From contig JAGIQG010000010.1 of the NCBI GenBank assembly GCA_024679065.1, positions 57,722,001 to 57,786,000 of the forward strand: 64,000 nt of DNA, given 5' to 3'. Positions 49,190-62,291 of the stretch are shown piece after piece. How positions within the stretch are numbered: the stretch's first letter is position 1; each line of letters starts with the position of its first letter. The position numbers were made by a program, and so were the translations under genes. The notes beneath the pieces are model-generated. The model was not told where the DNA came from and did no database searches. It saw nothing but the letters and a program-made list of their open reading frames with translations. Source of the stretch: Sphyrna mokarran. Taxonomy: Eukaryota.

Positions 49190-49357
49190 TTTAACTGGTT
49201 ATTCATCTAACTGCTGTTTGTGAATTTGCTGTGTGCAAAATGGCTACATTTTTGTCCATACAGTAACAGTCAATAGACTTTAAATTATTGAGTGTATGTG
49301 TGGCTTTTTCAGCTGATTCTGAAACATTTCTTCCCATGCTATATAAATATAAGTTTT
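49190..49357 (+). mobile_element. Deu-domain SINE 3' half
   Basis: TGCTGTTTGTG..TTGCTGTGTGCAAAATGGCT..GCTATATAAATATAAGT. Confidence 0.6.
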
Positions 49358-52300
49358 CCAATTCTTTATAGAAGGATTTTGATTAGAAATGCACATATTT
49401 AGGATTTAAAGAGGAAGAAGAAATGTCTTAGGTATTGGCAGTAAATGGATAGCTACATTTTAAGAAATTGACCCAGACACCAGTAAAGTTATTGAAAGGT
49501 AACATCATTTAGATATTTTCTAAATTAAGAAGGAATGTGTTGAAGTAGCCCATGTAGTGTATTTATAGTGCAGAGTGACATCAATTGCCTATTTGTTAAG
49601 GAAAATGTTCTCCATTTATTAACAGCTCATAGGAATATATCCCACATATTAAATTAAAAATAATTCAACTATGAAATGAAATCAAACCATTCATTTGACT
49701 AGTTCCTGATCTAATGTTGTGCAGTTGATATTCCTGCTTAAAATTGAGTTATTAAAACCCCATTTTATTGTCTTATTTTAAGAAGAGTCAAACGCACGTA
49801 TTTGCAAATGGTAATTTCTTTCTCCGTGTGCTATTATTGAAGGACATACATGCAGGTGTCTTTGCAAATTAACTTTGGATCAGTGACAAAGATAAGTGCA
49901 TAGTCCTCCACTCAACCATAATTCAAATAGTGAAGATTAAGATTCCCATTCTCTGTGTCTCTGCAAAAAGAAAAATACAAGCCCAGCCTCACAAATGCGA
50001 AGCATAAACTTACGTAAAGTTGAAGAAAAGGCATTTGAGTGGCAAGTAGCATTCATCCAGGTGTCATCCATAATGCCCACCTGATTTTCTCTCATATTTG
50101 GGATGAATGATGTATGCCAGGGGCTTATTTGTACTGACTATGTGGGGAGAGAAGGTGACTCGATGTGAAATGTTTCTGGATCTGACTCAGTTATATGTGA
50201 ACCTGCCCCTAGATTTACTGATTGTAAATCTGGTATAAACTGCTCCATGAACAGTAAGAATTATCACTGTTACATTTACAACCTCTGAATCTTATAGTTG
50301 CTCAAGTTTGCAATTTACAGTAAAAACCAGTATCTTCCACGGCCATTTATTTCACACCAGTGCAAATCCCAAATGTGGCACAAGTACAGAACTAAGTTTA
50401 AATTGGAATCATGAGTGAAACTCCCTGTTTTGGAGAGCTTTGCTTCAGTATCAAGGTGATGCCTGTCATTCGTCCATTCTGGGTCCATTCACTGTTTAAC
50501 TGTGCTCTCTCCATATGAAACAAGTCCGTTTTGCAGTGATGTTACACTTGTGTATTAGAATTGACAACCCGCCAGTTTTTGCCTGGAGTTTCCAGAAATT
50601 GAAGATCAATCTCTAGGACATCATCAGGACATTAAAAATGTTTCTTTTATCATTTACTTTGAACATTTCCCTTTACCAGCTTCAAATTATTGAAAATGGT
50701 GGTAGTGGCGGGGGGACAGGGCAGGGCAGGGGGGAAGTGTTGCTTTTGAGCAGACAATCTAGCATCATCTTATTGGATACTGAGGATGTGGTTTTACTGG
50801 CTTGCTATGCTGGTGAGAGGCTAAAAATCAAAGTGTTTTCTCTGCACACAAACGTACCAGCCCTATTTTGCCAGCGAGATTAGCTTCACGTCCTTTGCGT
50901 GTTATTAGTGAATCATGGATGGCATCTTTGATGGGGTGGAGGCAAGAGGGAGGTCTGCAGATAGGAGGGGGGTGGAAACATACACAGAGAGCGATCAGTG
51001 AAGGGATGGAGAATGACACAGTGAGGGAGCAATCAGCAGATGGGAAGGAGCCCAGCTTAGGGAACAATCAGTGGAATGGGATGAGAGGACAGGAGGAAGG
51101 AGAAGGAGAAACTGGCACAGTGGGGACATACAGAGTCAGCTGATGGATATGTCCTAGTGGGGGACTCAATGGAGGGTCCAGATGCTGGCGTGTTGCCAGG
51201 GAGGATGATTACACTGCAGCAATGAATAGGGATTGGGGGGGCAGGTGCAATGTCCATGGGGTGTGGGTGGCCCCAGGTCTCCCAGTTAACTGAGAAATTG
51301 AGCTGCCTATGCAATGGGTGACCCAAAGAGTCTGCAGCTGGCTTCACCACATGCCCACTGCCACTGGTGAGAATCATACATCTGTTCAGAAAAGTGACAG
51401 AAGATTGCATTTTCAAATGCGCTCCAAAAAAGGTCTAAAACTCTACTGTTTTTTCACTCCCCCAGCACTTAGACTTTTTCCTGTAAGATTGAGATCTGTG
51501 TCTTTTTCTTTTCCAATTGACATAGGAAGTCAATGTGCCTCAATGTTGGATGTATTGGCTGACTGGTGGCTGGAAGTGGGGAGCTAAGTCATAAAATGAA
51601 ACATCTAGGAATACACAATTACTTCTTACAATGCTTGTTGTACAGTAGTGCTAGTTAGTTCTAGTGCCAAGATGATCTGAAAATACCTCATGGGTTGGGT
51701 TTAAAACTGATCAGAGATAGATTAATCCTTTATGAAGCAATCCCTGCTTCTGTGCTATAAACACATTCTTCTACTCCAAACTTTTTCACCTCCATGGAAA
51801 CAGTTTCCTGTTCCCATGGATGCTCCCCTTCTATCTGTTGTAATAAACCAACAGTTTTCTCTTTGCCTAAAATTAGCAATCCACACACAAATTGTGCTAG
51901 TTTTCAAAAATTTTCTTTGCTTAGGGTTTTGCTGAAACTCATTTGTCTATTGCAAAACATTTTTCTCCTCCATGAGCAAGCATAATCAGGCAATGTCATA
52001 GGACACAGTTTTTTTTTTAATTGCGTAAAAATAACATCCTTTGATACATTTAAGACTTGGAATCTTGTGCAGTTTTAATAACATGACTTAAAACGTTTAT
52101 TACAAAATAGAAGTAATTTCATCAGTGTTAATGATTTTAATCACTTGGCTTTAAATAGAATTAGAGAATAATTTATTTTTATTTAAAAACCAGTTTCTTA
52201 GAAAATTAAAAAGTAAAAGTTTTTAAAATCTGTCTATTAGTGCCCTTGCATCCTCTTTTGTGCCTTGATAAACAGTGTTTCTCCAGGCCATTGAACAAAG

Positions 52301-54673
52301 AAGCACAACACTGAGTGGGTATTCTTTTTTTCTCTCTCCCTCCATGCAATCAATCTGCAAGTTTGAACTCTGCCTGTTATTTGACTGTCCATGTATTAAG
52401 ATTCAAACCAGTGGCTGCTAACTTCAGAAGACCAGATAGAAGCTATTCATTAATGCTTTTAAAATTGTCCCAATACCAAGCCAAGGCTAAAACTATCCAA
52501 GGCATTATTTTGTCGAATCTGCCTTTTATAAAGCTGTTTAACCTCTCCCCCCATTTTGTAACTAATGTATGTGTGGATACATATGAACTCTTGAATGCTT
52601 GTGTGCAAATCAGTTTTTAAAAATTATTTTTATTTAGTTCAGGTTTAAGTACAATAAAAGTTCTCTTTTTCAAAATTTAACAGGAAATCTCTCTGTTTCT
52701 ACCTTTTATGTTCATGGCACGTAAATAGTTAAACATTCACTAATTGACAAGCATTCTGGGTAGGATTTTCCGGCTGCAACACTGGCAGGCATTGCCACTA
52801 CTGGGATGAGAACATTTTGGGGAGTGATTAAAAATCAACAGTTCTCCAAATTTTCCTATCCAACCCATGACGATGCTTGTCAGTGTCAGAACTGGAATAT
52901 CCCAACCATCCATTAAAGAACCCCTTCGGTCAAATGAAGAGCAGGAAAAGAGCAAAGCCATTCTACCTTCCCCACCTGATTACAATTGCTGATTTGGCCA
53001 AACTCAGACAAGTTATAAATTAAAAAAAACAGTGCAATCTAACAGTAGCTCCTGCTTACTGTCTTTATTATATGGATACAGCTTCTCCTCGAAGAACAGT
53101 TTATGCACCATATTTGTATATTTATATGTGAACCATCTTATTCTATTAATCAGAAATTATCCATGAAACTGTTGGTAAGATTAGAAACAAGACCAGAACA
53201 CCAAATTTAGCAGCACTGATTGAAATGGCAATCCTAGATTACTGTCACGGGTTTAGAAGATACAGACCCAAATCTGTGATAATTGAAAGGTTTTGTTTTC
53301 ACCAGGACCACTATATTTCCCATCACTCTGCATGGCTTCCAGTAGCAAGATATGTTGTCCAGAGCAAGGCTTTGCTTAAGATTTGGGCACATCTGAAGAA
53401 ATGAAATTCAGGCTTCAGATCAGGACACTGATGTGGAAACCAACCAGTTTCAGGTCCAGTTTTTAATGCATCCTCCCATGCGTTATATTTATCTCATGGT
53501 CATAGTCAGCTACTAACTGTGATTTTGCCAGTGGGACAACTGTAATGGGTATGGAATTTTTTTGTCACGGGTGTTAATAATGTTAACATCTGTTGTTACA
53601 CTTATATAGAGCTAATCCCTATTTGCTTTCCCAAGTGTACTTTTCAAACTTGGTTTACATAATGTGCTTGGTTCTTAAATGACTTTAGCATTGATCGAGA
53701 TCATATGCCATTGCAGATGGCACCAGCTCCATTGTCTACACCAGGATTGCAGACAAAAGGCTGTGTAATATTAAATCATCATTTACAAATTTATAAACAA
53801 AAATCCCTCTCCTATTTTGCCTCCTCTTCCACAAGTGTTTATTACTTAGACAACAGGTTCCTGCTGGTACTGCAAATACAAGTGACCATTCTTTGGGATG
53901 AGGGTAGATAGTATACATTGGCAGGCTACTTAACTTGAAGATGATGAGAGCAGCAAAATCAAACCAGTCCTTTTGCAAAATCTAGACACGTTCACACAGA
54001 AGTCAGCAGACAGTGCAGGGACTGACCAGAACCAGGAACCCTGACTAAGTGGTGCCATTGTCATCATCCCATGCACAATCAGCTAAACTCAGCATTGACT
54101 GAATATCAAAGGCTCAGATGCATATTAGTGTGAAAGAAACATATTTAAATGAGCCCAGGAATACATTACAGCAATGGAATAAAATTGCATTCCACTATGT
54201 AAGAATAATTGTAGCAGGGCACATTGGAATTGTGCTTTGTGTTTAAATTAGCACTGATGCAGAAAGTGGAACTAAATATATTCCGTATAGTTCAATCATT
54301 CATTTCATTAAACACCTGTTTTTATTTGAATGCAGGATTTTTTCCCCACAGTTTCTTACTTTGATGGTCGAATCACTCTGCATTTACTTGTTAGGCTGCT
54401 AGGTTACTGGGACATATTTAGTTTGAAGTAGGGTAAATGAAATTCTTAAGGACTTCGATTTTCCAAACCAGAGTTCAAAGTGACAGTTCCAACCAGTCCA
54501 CCTGGTGCCCCTCTCCACAGTAATTTTTGGTTCATTATTTTTTGGTTCATTTCATAATGAAAACGGTTTTTTTATTTCTTGCATCTCATTAATGTCTTGT
54601 TCTACCAGCCCTGTCATTTCTCTGTTCCACATGTTGAGCACCCATTCAGTATAAAGGTTCATCCTACATATCT

Positions 54674-54815
54674 TATAGAATCACTACAGTGCAGAAGAAG
54701 GTCATTAAGTCTGTCGAGTCTGCACCGACTACAGTCCCACCCAGCCCTATCCCCATATTTACTCTTCTAATCTCATACAATAAAGGGCAATTTAGCATGG
54801 CCGATCCACCTCATC
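54674..54815 (-). mobile_element. HE1 SINE 3' part
   Basis: ATAGAATCACTACAGTGCAGAAG..AAGGGCAATTTAGCATGGCC. Confidence 0.8.
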
Positions 54816-54989
54816 CTCTTTCTTCGCTTATCCTTAATTTGCAAATATGACCCTTTATATTTAAATTCCAAATGGGACGGACTTACAATCTAACACCCTG
54901 TGCCTAGGCACAGGGACTCACCAACAGGAGGGTCAGATGTTGGTTGGTGGTTGTGGAAGCACCAATCAGAGCCTGATAGCTCGACGATA

Positions 54990-55090
54990 ATAAAATAAAA
55001 GCAAAATACTGTGGATGCTGGAATCTGAAACAAAACCAGAAAATACTAGAAAATCTCAGCAAATCTGACAGCATCTGTGGAGAGCAAACA
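54990..55090 (-). mobile_element. Penelope terminal fragment (35057 family)
   Basis: GCAAAATACTGTGGATGCTGGAATCTGAAAC..AAAATCTCAGC..TCTGACAGCATCTGTGGAGAG. Confidence 0.8.
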
Positions 55091-57092
55091 AAAACAGAAA
55101 ATCTGCATTTGCTGATAAGCGCAGGCAATGCAGAGCAACATCGGACTCTGATTGGTCAAGTCCCCTTAGAGTATGGGGCTTGATTAAAGTCATGTTTTAC
55201 TCTATCCCCAATTGAAACCTGGGGTTTGGATCACATTGTGCAGGGACAGCAAATGGGAGGGTTAGATGTTGCAACCTCCCAGTGAGATTTCAGATGGGCA
55301 ATTCCAGCAACCCAAGGTGGCAAAAAAAGTCAGGACCATTCATTGCCCATGATGTGCCTGGTTTCATGCCCCTGTTCAGCCTGCTTTGGTTGGCTATCCT
55401 TCCTGCATTGCGCTGTCTCCCTGAGTCACCAAACTGGGATGGCCATGAGTGTCCAGCTTCAGCCTAGCCCTAACTCCTAGCTCAGCATAGCCAAGCAGGA
55501 TAACCAGAGACTCAATGATTTTTTTGCCAAAAGAGATAAGAAAAAGACAAAACCAAAGTGGCCAAAGTGGCTCCTCTTGCCAGGCTTGCCAAAGCACGGT
55601 ATTGATTGTCCTGACTCCAAACTTATCGCTGCCCTCTGCCAATGCTGCTGCAGCTGTTGTCTCCTTCATGCCAAAACTGCTACAGTATCGGTCCCTGGAG
55701 TGGCCAAGGAAGTGATGAAGGAGAAAGAGCGAGTGTCAGGATCCCCAAAAGGAGCGGGTCAGGTAGAATGAAGAATGGAAGGAGCTTGACTTGAGCAAAG
55801 GGAAGCTGACCTGGAGTGGCTCATTGAATCGGGAATCAGGGCTGGGCTGAGGCCGGACACTCAAGGTCATTCCAGCTTGATGATTCAGGAGAACAGGGTG
55901 GCACAGGAGGAACCAGGAGACAACCAGAGCCATCCCGAAGGTGATAACACTGGCCTGTGAATCTATGCCCCTTATAAATCATTGATGAAAGACAGGAAGA
56001 AGATAATGAGAAGAACTAAAGAAGATCCAGATAAAGATGGTGGAGAATATCTTGGATAGAAAAGGAGGCAAGACATTCAGGCCCTGAAATAACTCCAGAA
56101 CTTGTCATTTTGATTGCAAAAATCCCAGAATCAAAATTTCTCGACATTTATCCACCTCCTGCAGCCAGATCAGGTAATGTGAGAAAAACACAATAACAGA
56201 GATCACCAGAGATTTATAATGATGCATGGTTTCCATCCTTACAAGCTTCTGCAAATTGTGAAGAAACCAGAAAAGATGAAGAAATGGAAAAGACCTTTAC
56301 GATGAAGTACGAAAACAGGTCCAAAGACGATGGTTCTAAAAATCTGTCTGTTCAGCTAGAACTTGGCAACCAGTTTGCTCTTGGAGAGCAGTAAATGTTA
56401 GTGCATATTTTCTCTTTATTCCATTCCAGGTAACTAACACCTACATGTAACCCTTCTGGCTTCACCCCACAATGCCAGAAAGTTTTTGAATTGCTCTGGT
56501 ACAGACTTTTGTGGACAAATGAGGCATCTGCAATGCATCATGGATATTTTAGGATTGAAGCATAATCAATGCTGTCATCTACTGTGGTGTGGAACTGATA
56601 AAGGGTTTGACTGAAGTGACAGTCACTCTTGGAGCAATGTTTTGGAGAAAGATTAAAAATGTACCCATTAAGTAGTCCAATATTCAATATAACCCTGCTT
56701 CCTATTTGAATGTTGAGCCTCTCAAAGATGACCAGCTCCCAGGCCAGCCTTTGGTCGCTGGTTTATGAATGAAAGGGAGAGCAGGGTCCGAGAGGCTTTT
56801 TTCATCCCAGCAGACAGAACCTCATTTTACATTTCACATCAACCTTATTGAGTTTTCCTCATCTTGTGCTTTCTAATGCTTTTGCTATCTCAACACCAGG
56901 CCGTGTGCTAACACGGTGTGAATACAAAATGCTTAGAAACAATAATTTCAAATAGTATTCCTCGCACAACTGGACTCTCTTCTATAACAAACTTGTTCTA
57001 AAAAATTAAGGCTCATACTATTTTTGCTTTCGGGAAGCATATTTAAAAGTTTATTTAAAGCGGAAAGCCATGGAATTTGAGTTTAAGATTTC

Positions 57093-58095
57093 GGACTCAA
57101 TTTTCCCATCTTGACGCACGTGTTTTTTGTGCGTCAGGTTGGGAGATGCTCGTTTTGTGGGAGTCGTGCATGCATCAGGAATGCATGCACGACTCCCACA
57201 GCCAAAGAGCAGGCGCAGTCTGGAAGACAGGTAAGTGATTTAAATCTGTTTTTAACGTATTTTAAATCTCATTATCACAGCACAAAATTCTCCGGGCCTG
57301 ATAGCATCTCCCAATCCGCCAGGAGTAATTCACTCCAGTGGAATTTAGAGTACCTCCCCACTTGCAGTGAACTAGCAGGAGACCCCATCAAAGTGAAAGG
57401 GGGTAATTGGGCCACCTACTTGATCGGGCAGTATGGAGGAACTGGTGCCCCTGGGCATGGGCACTCTGGCAATGCCAACCTGTGTCCTCAGCACTGCCCA
57501 AAGGGCAAAGTGCCCATGCCGGGGACACTTTGGCACTACCCACCAGGCATCAGGCAGTGCCATGGGGCATATCTCAGTGGGCGGAGCCAAGGGGACTGGG
57601 CCTACTGTGCGTGGGGCTTATGGTACTATTGGTGGGGAGTGAAGTATCCCATTGCCACTCTGCAGATAGGATCGGTCAGGACTGGAGGGAGGCCAGTGTT
57701 CGGGACAGGCTGGGGGGGAATGGGATGGTGTGACGGAGAGGGGGGGGGGGTGCTGTCATTGTTGGGAATGGGGGGGGGGAGCTCAAAGCTGGGCTGGGAA
57801 TGCTTGTGCAATCAGGCCATGGTGGGTGGAGCACTGCAAGGGTCCTGGGGTGGCCAACAATCAAGCTGGCCAACAAACTACAGTCTGATAGTTCAGGACC
57901 ATGGCACATGCACAGAGTTCCAGAACTGTCAGACTCTGGTGCAATTAAGACCCACCCCAAGCTTTTAATGATATTTACAATTGTCACCTCTGCATTATAC
58001 ACAGTGTGAGAGGTTCGAGTCTGAATTCCCACTGAAGAAACAATCGTGATTTACACCATTTTTCTTGTCACTTAGAATTTTTTGGGGTGAATCAA
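57093..58095 (-). mobile_element. ~1-kb Harbinger-like element, copy C
   Basis: Reverse complement of copies A and B (e.g. CAGAGTTCCAGAACTGTCAGA, GACAGGTAAGTGATTTAAA); G-rich on the + strand. Confidence 0.8.
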
Positions 58096-58399
58096 AGGTG
58101 GCCCTTTGTATTTTTAACACAATATAGAAAGAATTTTAACTGTTTTCAAAAACCTGTTTTTTGTTTTGCACTTTATATTGTGGTCAGGCTTGAATTTATT
58201 TACATCAGCATGAGTCCACCAATAGAAATTATTCATTAGGAAGCTTTTCAACTATTTACAAATGTTTACATCATCACATTTAGTAATATTAATTAGAAGT
58301 ATAAAATACTGATCTGAGTAGACAACTTCCATTAATCCTTGAGAGGTGAATGTAGGCTGAAATAGGACCAATAACTATTTAGCATTTTAAATGCAACTG

Positions 58400-58595
58400 G
58401 CATTGGGAGTGGGGCGTGATGTCACTGGGGGGAGACTGACAGCATGTGGAGGGGGGAATGATACCATTAGGGGAAAAGTGACACCATTGGGAATGGGGCG
58501 TGACAGCCTTGGGGGAGTGATAGTGTTGGCAGTGGGGAATGGCAACATTATGAGGGGGAGTGACAGCATTGGGAGTGGAGAATGACACCATTGTA
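58400..58595 (+). repeat. Degenerate G-rich minisatellite (~20-bp unit GTGACAGCATTGGGAGTGGGG)
   Basis: About 9 recognisable units. Confidence 0.75.
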
Positions 58596-60512
58596 GGGAC
58601 GGGGCGTGGAAGTAGAAATAAAGGTGAGCACAGAGTCCCATGAAGTGTAAGTCTGCCACTGTGTGCATGGGTTACATAGATCTAAATATACTCAATCCTT
58701 TCTACATATTAAACACATCTGTCATAACCCTCAAGAGAAAAAATTCACCCGCTAAAACTCTAAGATCTCCTTCTCCAAAAACGTTCCCAGTTAGCTTATA
58801 ATCCACATCAATCTTCTCTGCTATCGAACAATTTCCTGTATTGATTTGGATCTACCATTTCTCTCCCTGTTGCATTCACCAAAATTCTTTTGAACCTGTT
58901 AGCATGAATAATCATCATTTGCCATTGTCTCTAATTTGATCTTGATTGTAAATTTGACGTAATTCCTTTCTGTACACCAATTTAAAAAAATATAAACAGC
59001 AGTGGTCCTAACACTGAATCCTGTGGCACTCTGACACGCAGAAATCCACCAATCTATTCAGATGCAGTAGTTAACCCTGTGCTAAAACAGCTTGGTCTCA
59101 GGCCTAATACAAATGGAGTCTTGGGTCTCATTAAATATGGCCCAGTGATGTGCACGGACTTGCTGTACATTCCTGGACATTAATGTTGGGGAGTATAAGT
59201 CAAATAAATGCTGGCATATCCAGCGATCTAAGAATGAATTTTTAATAATGTCTTTAGGGCAGTCTTGGAAGAGGGTTTTGCAAGGGGATTGCAGTGGACT
59301 GCGGTGGTTTTTAAATTCCTTTACATCTCCCCCTCACCAAGCCATTGTTTCCTTGTCTCCCACAGCTTCAAAATGACAGTTCACCAACTCTCTACAACTC
59401 ACTTCTATTTCCTTTCCAAGACCCATAAACAAGAATTCCTGGTAGACCTATCCTTTCAGTCTGTTCCTACCCCACTGATCTTTTCTACCTTAACTCTGTG
59501 TCGAGTTTCTTCCTACCTACAATTTTGAATCTTCTGATGCCCTCCATCACTTTGAAAGTTTCCAATTTCCTGGCCCTAATTGTCTCCTGTTTATCGTGGA
59601 CATCAAATCTCTCTACACCTCCACTTCCCACCAGGATGGTCTTCCTTGAAAAGGCCCAACTAGTTTCCATTCACCAGCTCCCTCCACTGTCTGGTTCAAC
59701 TTGTTCTTTTATTGAACAATTCTTCCTTTAACTCATTTCACCTCTTCCATAAAAAGGCTATGGGTACCCACGTAAGTGCTAGTTATGTCTGTATTTTTAT
59801 TGAGTTTGTCGAACATTTCTTGTTCTTGCCCTATTGTAGTCCCGTCCTATAACTTTTTTCCAGTACTGTGCTGTGCCAGGTCTCGCATGAATTGGGAAAC
59901 TTCATAAACAATGCTTCCACTTTCCCCCTCTCTGTCAGTTTCATCCAGTCCATCTCTGACTTTTCCCTTCCTTGATTTCTATGTCTTCATTTATGGAAAT
60001 AGATCGTTGACTGACATTCATTATAAGCCACTGACTCCCACAGCTACATCATGAGCACTTCCTCACACCCAACATCCTGTAAGGATAAATTCCATTCTCT
60101 CAGTTCTTCCACCTACATTGCATCTGTTTTGATGATGCAATCTTCCACAACAGTGCTTCTAAGATATATTTTTTTTCCTCAATTGAGGAGTCCCTGCCAC
60201 CCCTCGCCCTGACCCTTGTGGCTGACAAAGCTCTTGATTATGGGTGTCACATTTCCCTTGTATTTCTTCTTGCCCCTTCTCCTCTCTTCCAGAGTTAGGG
60301 TGCTCTTAACCTCACCTTCCATCCCACCAGAATCTGTGTTCAATGGATCATTTTCCACCATTTCTTTCCACTGCTAGTATGATGCCACCATCAAACACAC
60401 ATTCTCTTCCCTCCTCGGCATTTCAAGGGATCATCTCGACATCTTAATCCACTCCTCCATCGCTCGCAATACCTGATCCCCTCCACATGGCACTTTTCAG
60501 AGGATCATAAAT

Positions 60513-60850
60513 GTCATCAAATCCCTTCAGTGCAGAAGCAGGTCATTCAGCCCATTAAGTTTATACCAACTCACAAATGAAGCATCCCACCTAGACCCTA
60601 TCCACATAATCCCACATATTTATCCCGCTAAACCTTCTAATTCACACATTTTGGTATCGTAAGGAATTTAGCATAGCCAATTAACTGAACCTGTACATCT
60701 TTGAAGTGTGGGAGGAAACCAGAGCACCTGGAGGAAACCCATGCAGACACAAGAAGAACATGCAAAGTCCATACAAACGGTCACCCAAGGCCGGAATTGA
60801 AACCAAATCCCTGATGCTGTGAGGCTAACCACTGTGCCACTATGCTGCCC
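60513..60850 (-). mobile_element. HE1 SINE
   Basis: GTGGGAGGAAACCAGAGCACCTGGAGGAAACCCATGCAGACAC..GTCACCCAAGGCCGGAATTGAA..CTAACCACTGTGCCAC. Confidence 0.9.
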
Positions 60851-60989
60851 ATGCAGGAGAGGTAATATCTGCTATTTTGTCACCTCTTTCCTCACTGTCT
60901 AAGGCCCAAACACTAATTTCAAGTTAAACAGTGATTGACGTGTCCATCATTCAATTCAATATATTGCTTAAGATGTGAAAGCGCAGATT

Positions 60990-61580
60990 GGGTAAATGTT
61001 TTTGCAGAATATCTCCACTCAATTGTTGCATGCTGCTGTGCAGAAGGACCTGGATGTCTTTGTGCATGAATCGCAAAACGTTGGTTTGCAAGTGCAGATA
61101 ATTAAGAAGGCAAATGAAATTTTGTCCTTCATTGCTAGAGGGATAGAATTTAAAAACAGGGAAGTTGTGCTGCAACTGTATAAGGTGCTGGTGAGATCAC
61201 ACCTGGAGTACTGTGGACAGTTTTAGTCTCCTTACTTGAGAAAGGATGTATTGTCACTGGAGGGATGCAGAGGAGATTCACTAGGTTGATTCCATGGTTG
61301 AGAGGGTTGGCTTATGGGGAGAGACTGAGTAGACTGGGGCTCTACTCATGGGATTTCAGAAGAATAAGGGGAGATCTGATCAAAAAATATGAGATTATGA
61401 AGGGAATAGATAAGATAGAAGCATGGAGGCTGTTTCCATTGGTGGGTGAAACCAGAACTCGGGGGCATAGCCTCAAAGTAAGGAAGAAGCAGATTTAGGA
61501 CATGGTTGAGGAGGAATTTCTTCATCTAAAGGGTTATCGATCTGTAAAATTGCCTGCCCAGTGAAACAGTTGAGGTTATT
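60990..61580 (+). mobile_element. CR1 LINE 3' fragment nested in Penelope
   Basis: KKANEILSFIARGIEFKNREVVLQLYKVLVRSHLEYCGQF; QRRFTRLIP..LGLYS...RIRGDLI..RTRGHSLK. Confidence 0.92.
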
Positions 61581-62291
61581 TTGTTCCCTGCACTTGTTTT
61601 TTTTAATCTAATTAAACAACACCCCACTCCAGCTTTATATTTTATTGCATCACTATTCCCTTTTGTCCTGAAGACTAATTCTTCCATCCTTTAGTTTCTC
61701 CTTACCTTCATGTTATTACAGATTTTCCCTTTTATCCTTGTTCTCACTCATTCCTTGCTCAAAGCCAATTACATCTTTTACTTTTCCCAGTTCCGATAAA
61801 AGGTTACAGACCCAACACGTGAAATCTGTTTCTCTCCACAGATACTGCCATAACCCTCGAAGTTCTTCCCACATATTCTATTTTTATTTGTGTTTTTTTT
61901 AAAAACAATGTGTCTTCCATTTGTCCTGACATTTAAAAATGAATTGGTTGCGTTTAGCTCTGTGACCAACACCCGTACACATTGGGCTTAGACAGTCCCA
62001 CTGCTCATTTTTTAAGCTTTGCTTCCATGTTACACCTGAAGAATGGCACCTTACAAACTCTGTTCTACATCACTGTCTCTCCCATATCTACTTGGTCATA
62101 CATCTCCTCAAAAAAATTCAAAAGGTTAGGGAAGCATAACTTCCTACTTCTTCATCATGCTGCTTTGAATTAATTGATGTTCCTCAGGAATCTCTCTCAT
62201 TTTATCCCTCTAAAATGAAAGCACAAAATTGATAGATCGAGAAAAGCCAGCTGTTCCCTCAATTCTACCTCACTCTCACAGTGGGTGGAGA

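Larger units (their letters stand above)
59300..61892 (+). mobile_element. Decayed Penelope element (RT, GIY-YIG start, 3' terminus) with nested HE1 and CR1
   Basis: LSKTHKQ..PGRPI; AMGTHVSASYVCIF (like AMGTRMGPSYACLF); TDIHYKP.TDSHSY; VLLTSPSIP; TVQGPK-like at ~60895; terminus TCTCTCTCCACAGATACTGCC. Confidence 0.85.

Noticed and set aside
57111-57968. Longest ORF (285 aa)
   Set aside because: Lies wholly within a G-rich non-autonomous element; Gly/Trp-rich low complexity, no domain, and no equivalent long ORF in copies A or B
58400-58595. Regularly spaced short repeats (CRISPR-like spacing)
   Set aside because: Degenerate tandem units with no unique spacers, no cas genes and a vertebrate context; it is a minisatellite
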